Shown in pieces: positions 58,465 to 64,000 of a stretch of DNA of 64,000 nucleotides. Location: the NCBI GenBank assembly GCA_035548175.1, contig DASZTO010000073.1, forward strand, positions 581 through 64,580, read 5' to 3'. A program made the translations under genes and the position numbers. The DNA comes from Phycisphaerae bacterium (lineage in GTDB: Bacteria > Planctomycetota > Phycisphaerae > WQYP01). Within the stretch, counting starts at the first letter, position 1; each line of letters begins with the position of its first letter. The notes beneath the pieces are model-generated. The model was not told where the DNA came from. It worked only from the letters and a program-made list of their open reading frames with translations, and made no database searches.

Positions 58465-61400
58465 TCAATTCCCCCTGAACGTCCCCATCACCTGCCCCGT
58501 CAAACTCACCGTCCGGTTCACGCGCGACCGCGGATCGCTCCCGCCGTTCTCCAGCGCATGCTGCAATTCCGCCACCCGCTGCATCGCCGCTTCCTGCTTC
58601 GGATAACGCACATCCCGGTATCCCGTCACCGGCTCCGGCGATTTGAAAATCTCCAGCCACAGCGAATACTTCTGCGCATCATGCGGCGCGTGCAGGTCGC
58701 ACGCATCCACCAGCCCCGTGTACCACGCCCGGAACGCCTTCTCCTTCGCATGCCACGACGGCAAAATCGTACGCAGCCACCGGCAATGACGCAGCACCCG
58801 CACCTGCCAGTCCCGGCTCTTCCAGTGAAACTTCACGTGCTTCCCCCCCAGCACGAACTCCGGCCGGTTCAAATGCACATACGTGATCTTGTCCCCGTTC
58901 GCCGGGTTCACGTTGAACCGCCGCCGGTCCCGCTTGTACTTCTCCGGACTCGTGTACAGCATCGACACGTACACTTCATCCTTGATCATCATCACCTTCG
59001 CCAGGTTCCATATGACCGCCCGCGTGATCGAAAAATTCCGCTCCGGCGTGTCCTGCGCATACGTCTTCACGATCCGCGACGCATACTGCCGCCCATATTT
59101 CAGCGTCCCCCACTGCACCGCATCAAACAGCCGGATCACATAATCCCGCCGCGCCCCCTCCTCCAGCCCAGGCATCTGCGTCAGCGTCTCCCGGCAAATC
59201 TTCTTGTATTCCTCCGCGTTCTTCTTGCCCCATATGCTGCTCACCTTCAGGATGTTCGCCTTCCGCTCCAGCGCCTGCTCCGCCGACTCCAGCTCCTTGC
59301 GCACCCCCACCCCGAACAAATCCGGCCGCAGCACGATCTTCCGCCCGATGTTGAACGCGCGATAGTTCCGCTCGAACTCGCGCCCCACCGCATGCCGGAT
59401 CGCCAGCGTCAAACTCTTGTACGACAGCGGAATGAACCCCAGCTGATACGCCACCCCCAGCATCATGATGTTCGCATACAGCTTCGAATCCAGCAGCCGC
59501 TCGCACAAATCCCCCACGTTGAACGAGAAGAACTGCCCCGGTCGGCACTGGCTCTTGATGATCCCCGCCAGCTCCTCCGGCTCAAAATCGTCCCGCCCCA
59601 TCAGCGTCAGAATCGTCGGCGTCTTGCCCGTGTTCACCACCGCGTGCGTGAACTTCGGGCTCGCCACACGCAACACATCCTGCGGCGAACACGCCCGCGC
59701 CGCCTCCAGCGCATCCACCCCGATCAGCAAATCCGCCTTGCCCCACGGCATCACCGGCGAGCCCCCGATCGGATGCTTGCTCAACTGAATCTGCGAGAAC
59801 ACCCCCCCGTTCCGGATCGCCAGCCCCTTCTTGTCGATGAACCCGACATACAAGCCATCCTTATGCGCCGCGCGCACCAGGATGTCTCCCGCCACCCCGA
59901 TCCCCATGCCTCCCACGCCCGCCATGTAGCACCGCCACACGTCGTTCTTCGCCCACACATCGCCCAGCACCGACGGCGGCTCCGGCATCCCCTGCAAATC
60001 CACCACCTCATCCGGCAACCGCGGCGGCCGCTTGCGCGTCACGATCACCTGCTCAAAGCTCGGGCACGCATCGATCCGCGCGCACGCCCCATCGTTCACG
60101 CACGCCGTGAAGTCCGTCTGCATCTTCTTGCCGTAATCCGTGTCCACGTGCTTCAGCCCCGGACACCCCGTCTGCGTCGTGCACTCCAAACAGTATTCGC
60201 ACACCTCCTCCGACACGTTCATGTACGTCTTTTCCCGCACAAACCCCACTTCCTTCTTCTCCGCCTGCTCCGCACGCCGACGCCGCCGGTGGAACGTGAT
60301 CCCGCACTCCTTGTCCGCGATCACGATCTTCACCCCATCCTCCAGTATCACCTTCTCCAGCATCTCCTTGTAATTGTCCCGGCTCGCCGGATTCATCCGG
60401 ATCACCCGCGCCCGCGGAACTTCCTTCGTCTCCCGCGCGTTCGTCCCCAGCGGCCCCGCCGCATCCGGAATCAGGCTCCGCACGATCCGCTCGATATCGT
60501 GCGACAAAATCTTGTTCCCCATGATGTCTTCTTCCAGCGTCGGGTTCGGCTGGTGCCCCGTCATCGCCGTCGTCCGGTTCTCCAGGATGATGAACGTGAT
60601 GTCCTGCTGCTGCGTGATCGCATTCGCGATCGCCACGCTCCCCGAATGGAAAAACGTTCCATCCCCCATGAACACGATCTGCTTGTTCGTGATGAACGGA
60701 TCCGCCCCCGCCCCCGTCGCCCCGCCCAGTCCCATCCCGCTGTAATTGTGCATCAACGGCTTGTTCGGCTCGAACATCATCATCGTGTAGCAGCCCGTGT
60801 CCCCATGCGCCACCAGATCCATCGGCCCCTTCCCATACGCCGTCTGCATGTACTGCGGATCCAGCATCCGCTTGCGAATCTCCAACAACGCGCTCGACGA
60901 ATCCCGGTGCGGACACCCCGGGCAATACGCCGGCGTTCGCACCGGCACCACCGTCCCAAACCGACCCGCCTTCTCGATCGTGTCCAGCTCCTCCGACAGC
61001 CGCCCGTTCGCCAGCTCGTGCGGCATCCCCGGCGTGTCCCGCAAAAGCTCCGTCAGCTTCTGAATCAGCAGCGACGGATGCAGCCCGCGCGTGCTCGGTA
61101 TCCCCGCCCGATTCCCCGGAAATTTCTTGCCCCACAACTGCGTCTCCGCCGCACCGTTCCCCTGCCCGCCGCCCCCCCCGCTCTGCCGCAGGTTGTTCAA
61201 GTGCTCCGCGATCTGCTTCTCGATAAAACTCCGCCGCTCCTCCACCACCACCAGCCGCTCGCACATCCCCCCGATCTCATCCACCAGCCCCATATCCACC
61301 GGATACGAAAGCGCCAGCTTCAACATCGGAAATTCCCCCAGCAGCCCCATCTCGCGCAGCGCATCGCACAGCATCGCAAACGATGGCCCGCTCGACACAA

Positions 61401-62214
61401 ACCCGATCGGCGCACGCTGGCACCGCCCGCCCCGCCAGCTCCGCTCGATCGGATACAAAATCCGGTTCAATCCCAAATCCCGGCACCGCTTCAACAGCAC
61501 CTTGAACCGGTCCTCAAACGTCAATTCCTGCTTCCACGTCCGCGGCGGCAGCAGCACCGTCTGCTCCACCGGAATCTTCGTCGTGTCGATCGCCACCTGC
61601 TGCTTCGTCGATATCGCCGGCCACTGGTTCGGCCGGCATTCCACGGTCCCCCCCCCATCCGCCAGCATCACCGTCACCCCCAGCCCCACATACAGCTTCG
61701 CATGCACGCTCAGATCGAACGCGTGCCCCACCCAGTCCTTCAATTCCTGCGAATTGCTCGGCTCCAGCACCGGCACACGCATGTGCTCGAACAAAAAACG
61801 TGAATCCGCCGGCACCTGCGTCGATTCGCTCCACGGATCGTCACCGCTCACGATCACCGCCCCGCCCGACTCAAACGGCACCCCCGCCAGGTTCCCCAGC
61901 GCCAACGCATCCGACGCCACATGCAATCCCACGCTCTTGAACACCGCGATCCCCTTCACCCCCACCATCTGCGCGCCATTCAGCATGGCGACAGACAGCG
62001 CCTCGTTGTTCGCCATCTTCGCCGCCACCCCCTTCTCCGCCAGCAGCCCCGCAATGTCGTGGCACGCATCAAAAAACCCCGCCACCGGACTCCCCGGATA
62101 CCCCGTCAACAACCCCACTCCCCCCGGCGTCTCCAGGCACCCTTTGAGCAGCAGCTCCGCCCCCGTGTAAATTTCCGAGCCGCTCTCAACCAAAAATCGG
62201 GGATCAATACGCAT
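58465..62214 (-). CDS. Indolepyruvate:ferredoxin oxidoreductase family protein (fused IorA/IorB)
   Basis: MRIDPRFLVESGSEIYTGAELLLKGCLE...LTGYPGSPVAGF N-terminus, thiamine pyrophosphate (TPP)-binding GDG motif, ferredoxin-like Cys clusters (CPGCPH, CEYCLEC), and a C-terminal IorB-like region. 1249 aa from the ATG at 62214. Confidence 0.8.
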   Translation of the reverse strand: MRIDPRFLVESGSEIYTGAELLLKGCLETPGGVGLLTGYPGSPVAGFFDACHDIAGLLAEKGVAAKMANNEALSVAMLNGAQMVGVKGIAVFKSVGLHVASDALALGNLAGVPFESGGAVIVSGDDPWSESTQVPADSRFLFEHMRVPVLEPSNSQELKDWVGHAFDLSVHAKLYVGLGVTVMLADGGGTVECRPNQWPAISTKQQVAIDTTKIPVEQTVLLPPRTWKQELTFEDRFKVLLKRCRDLGLNRILYPIERSWRGGRCQRAPIGFVSSGPSFAMLCDALREMGLLGEFPMLKLALSYPVDMGLVDEIGGMCERLVVVEERRSFIEKQIAEHLNNLRQSGGGGGQGNGAAETQLWGKKFPGNRAGIPSTRGLHPSLLIQKLTELLRDTPGMPHELANGRLSEELDTIEKAGRFGTVVPVRTPAYCPGCPHRDSSSALLEIRKRMLDPQYMQTAYGKGPMDLVAHGDTGCYTMMMFEPNKPLMHNYSGMGLGGATGAGADPFITNKQIVFMGDGTFFHSGSVAIANAITQQQDITFIILENRTTAMTGHQPNPTLEEDIMGNKILSHDIERIVRSLIPDAAGPLGTNARETKEVPRARVIRMNPASRDNYKEMLEKVILEDGVKIVIADKECGITFHRRRRRAEQAEKKEVGFVREKTYMNVSEEVCEYCLECTTQTGCPGLKHVDTDYGKKMQTDFTACVNDGACARIDACPSFEQVIVTRKRPPRLPDEVVDLQGMPEPPSVLGDVWAKNDVWRCYMAGVGGMGIGVAGDILVRAAHKDGLYVGFIDKKGLAIRNGGVFSQIQLSKHPIGGSPVMPWGKADLLIGVDALEAARACSPQDVLRVASPKFTHAVVNTGKTPTILTLMGRDDFEPEELAGIIKSQCRPGQFFSFNVGDLCERLLDSKLYANIMMLGVAYQLGFIPLSYKSLTLAIRHAVGREFERNYRAFNIGRKIVLRPDLFGVGVRKELESAEQALERKANILKVSSIWGKKNAEEYKKICRETLTQMPGLEEGARRDYVIRLFDAVQWGTLKYGRQYASRIVKTYAQDTPERNFSITRAVIWNLAKVMMIKDEVYVSMLYTSPEKYKRDRRRFNVNPANGDKITYVHLNRPEFVLGGKHVKFHWKSRDWQVRVLRHCRWLRTILPSWHAKEKAFRAWYTGLVDACDLHAPHDAQKYSLWLEIFKSPEPVTGYRDVRYPKQEAAMQRVAELQHALENGGSDPRSRVNRTVSLTGQVMGTFRGN

Positions 62215-62437
62215 TCGCGTTCCGGAAAATAGATGCAAAGTTAGGTCCGCTATTTTACCAAAGGCACTCCGCGAAAACGACCAATAACTTTCAGAACTCT
62301 CGGGCTCCCTCTCCCATTTTCCCGGAAATCCCCGCGTTTTCCACCCTCCGCCCCCTCCAAGCCCTCCCCATCCATTATCCCGCCAACGCGAAAATCTCCC
62401 TTGAGCCTCACGATTCCCGCGGTATGCTTCTTTACCT

Positions 62438-63406
62438 ATGCTCAAAAAACTCCTCATCCCCGGCACCTCCCTCCGCGTCTCCGAAATCTCCCTCGGCACC
62501 GCCCCCTGGGGCAGCCGAACCCCGCAAGCCACCGTCACCCAACTCTATGACCTCTACCGCGCCGCCGGCGGCAACGTCCTCGACACCGCCCACGTCTACG
62601 CCTCCTGGCTTCCCAATGGCAACGGCGCCAGCGAACGCTCCATCGCCCAGCTCCTCGCCACGCGCAACGACCGCCGCCAGATCGTCCTCGTCTCCAAGGG
62701 CGGCCATCCCACCTTCGAAGGCTATCCCCGCCCCGACCGCTACATGGACCCCGCCCTTGTCCGCCAGGACCTCCGCGAAAGCCTCCAGCGCCTCGCCGTC
62801 GACACCATCGATCTCTACTTCCTCCACCGTGACGACCGGCGCGTCCCCGTCGGCGAAATCATCGACGCCCTCAACGACGCCGTCGCCGACGGCCAAATCC
62901 GCTACTTCGGCGCCAGCAACTGGTCCACCGCTCGCATGGAAGAAGCCAACCGCTACGCCGCCAACCTCTCCAACGCCGGCGCCGAAAAAATGGGCTTCGT
63001 CGCCTCCCAACCCGAATTCAGCCTCGCCCACCCCAACGCCCCCGAGCCCACCGCCGAACCCGCCAACCGCTTCCTTCGCCCCGCCGATCTCGCCTGGCAT
63101 ACTCAAACCGGCATGCCTGCCTTCTGCTACACCCCCGCCGCCCAGGGCTACTTCGGCTCCAACGGCCAGAAAGGCGCCAAAGCCTTCGACAACCCCACGT
63201 CCCAGGCCCGCCTCGCCCGCGCCAAGGAACTCGCCGGTAAACTCCGCGCTACCCCCGCCCAAATCGCCCTCGCCTACGTCCGCAGTCAACCTTTCCCCGC
63301 CATCCCCATCGTCGGCACCGAAAACCCCCAGCACCTCCAGGAATCCCTCGACGCCGCCAACATCACCCTCACCCCCGACCAACTCACCTGGCTCACCGAC
63401 GGCTGA
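62438..63406 (+). CDS. Aldo/keto reductase
   Basis: ISLGTAPWG...LDTAHVY...IDLYFLHRDD...IRYFGASNW... AKR fold motifs. Confidence 0.85.
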   Translation: MLKKLLIPGTSLRVSEISLGTAPWGSRTPQATVTQLYDLYRAAGGNVLDTAHVYASWLPNGNGASERSIAQLLATRNDRRQIVLVSKGGHPTFEGYPRPDRYMDPALVRQDLRESLQRLAVDTIDLYFLHRDDRRVPVGEIIDALNDAVADGQIRYFGASNWSTARMEEANRYAANLSNAGAEKMGFVASQPEFSLAHPNAPEPTAEPANRFLRPADLAWHTQTGMPAFCYTPAAQGYFGSNGQKGAKAFDNPTSQARLARAKELAGKLRATPAQIALAYVRSQPFPAIPIVGTENPQHLQESLDAANITLTPDQLTWLTDG

Positions 63407-63410
63407 CTAC

Positions 63411-63620
63411 GGAACCATCCACAAATCCACACAAATCCCCACAAATGCGCTGCGCCCAATCCACCTCCCCACCGTAAAGATCAACCCCGCCTCTCAAAAA
63501 AAACATCGCCGCATTCCCCGCCCGCCCGCATGAAAGCCCACATCATTTGTGAACATTTGTGTAAATTTGTGGATACTTCCCGTCGTCCTTTCGTGTCCTT
63601 CGTGTTCTTCGTGGCCATTT
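63411..63620 (-). repeat. Repeat-family copy R6 (reverse orientation; CACAAAT words plus the TAAATGGCCACGAAG core)
   Basis: The reverse complement of 63565-63610 is AAATGGCCACGAAGAACACGAAGGACACGAAAGGACGACGGGAAG. CCACAAATCCACACAAATCCCCACAAATG occurs at 63419-63447. Confidence 0.6.
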
Positions 63621-64000
63621 ATTCGCACCATTCCCGCCACAGTGCCCGATACGCCCCCTCAATGTCCCGCGCAAACGCCTCCACATCCGTCAACGCCGAC
63701 CCCCGCATCCGCTCCCGCAACGTCCGCCGCTCCTCCGCCAGCCCCGCCAGATCCCCCGCCAGCCCCGCCGCAATCTCCACATACTCTTCCGCCCTGCGCG
63801 CCACCCACCGCTCCCGGCCCAGCACCCGCAAAATGCTCCATCCACCCCGGCTCGTCCCCGGCATCTCCGCACCCCCCGCCAGCGTCACCACCGGCACCCC
63901 CATCCACAACCCATCGCACGTCGTCGTCCCCCCCACATACGGAAATGGATCCAACGCCACATCCATCCGCTCATGCACCGCCAGGTACCCCTCCAGATTC
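63619..64000 (-). CDS. C-terminal end of a TPR / GT41-like (O-GlcNAc-transferase-family) glycosyltransferase; the rest lies beyond the window
   Basis: The C-terminal tail FPYVGGTTTCDGLWMGVPVVTLAG...AEEYVEIAAGLAGDLAGLAEERRTLRERMRGSALTD...AYRALWREW is characteristic of bacterial SPINDLY/OGT-like proteins. Confidence 0.5.
   Translation of the reverse strand, partial: NLEGYLAVHERMDVALDPFPYVGGTTTCDGLWMGVPVVTLAGGAEMPGTSRGGWSILRVLGRERWVARRAEEYVEIAAGLAGDLAGLAEERRTLRERMRGSALTDVEAFARDIEGAYRALWREWCE

Noticed and set aside
58558-61803. 1081-aa plus-strand ORF that is Arg/Pro/His/Leu-rich
   Set aside because: It is antisense to the indolepyruvate oxidoreductase gene. Its composition is typical of a reverse-frame read of a high-GC gene.

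Overview
This is a high-GC (about 65-70%) bacterial chromosomal segment, probably from a Gram-negative environmental lineage such as Verrucomicrobiota or Planctomycetota; that placement is my inference. It is gene-dense, with housekeeping operons interrupted by accessory islands. Gene identities are recognition-level calls made from the ORF-track translations, not alignments.

Housekeeping content:
- kdsB-pyrG at the left end.
- accB-accC-rpsO-pnp-csp-purF-pgsA-pgpA-uppP on the plus strand (41-51 kb).
- hisD, purQ, queA and clpC.
- A liv-type branched-chain amino-acid ABC operon (33.6-34.8 kb down to 30.6 kb) in which livM and livG are fused in frame.

Accessory content:
1. A six-gene minus-strand operon (21.2-28.5 kb) encodes CMP-N-acetylneuraminic acid biosynthesis (neuC, neuB, neuA), a small membrane protein, an unusual nucleotidyltransferase fused to a degenerate radical-SAM/SPASM-like domain, and a Maf/DUF115-type putative nonulosonate transferase. 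The genes are linked by ATGA stop/start overlaps and carry in-frame repeat insertions.
2. An interspersed repeat family of 100-190 bp is present at six or more loci. Its motifs are CACGGAG heptads and TAAATGGCCACGAAAGGCACGAAAAACACGAAAG. One palindromic copy sits in frame inside neuA.
3. A hicB-hicA-like toxin-antitoxin pair and an orphan HigA-like fragment are wedged between hisD and purQ.
4. An ECF sigma factor is ATGA-coupled to a 913-aa anti-sigma factor.
5. A GntR(YtrA-like)-ABC operon has a permease that ends in a cysteine zinc ribbon.
6. A polysaccharide lyase family 4 (PL4)-like rhamnogalacturonan lyase and a 1249-aa indolepyruvate:ferredoxin oxidoreductase converge on a composite hairpin built from ATTGCC hexamers.

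I found no rRNA, tRNA or CRISPR array. Many long Pro/Arg/Ser-rich antisense ORFs in the track are GC-content artefacts.
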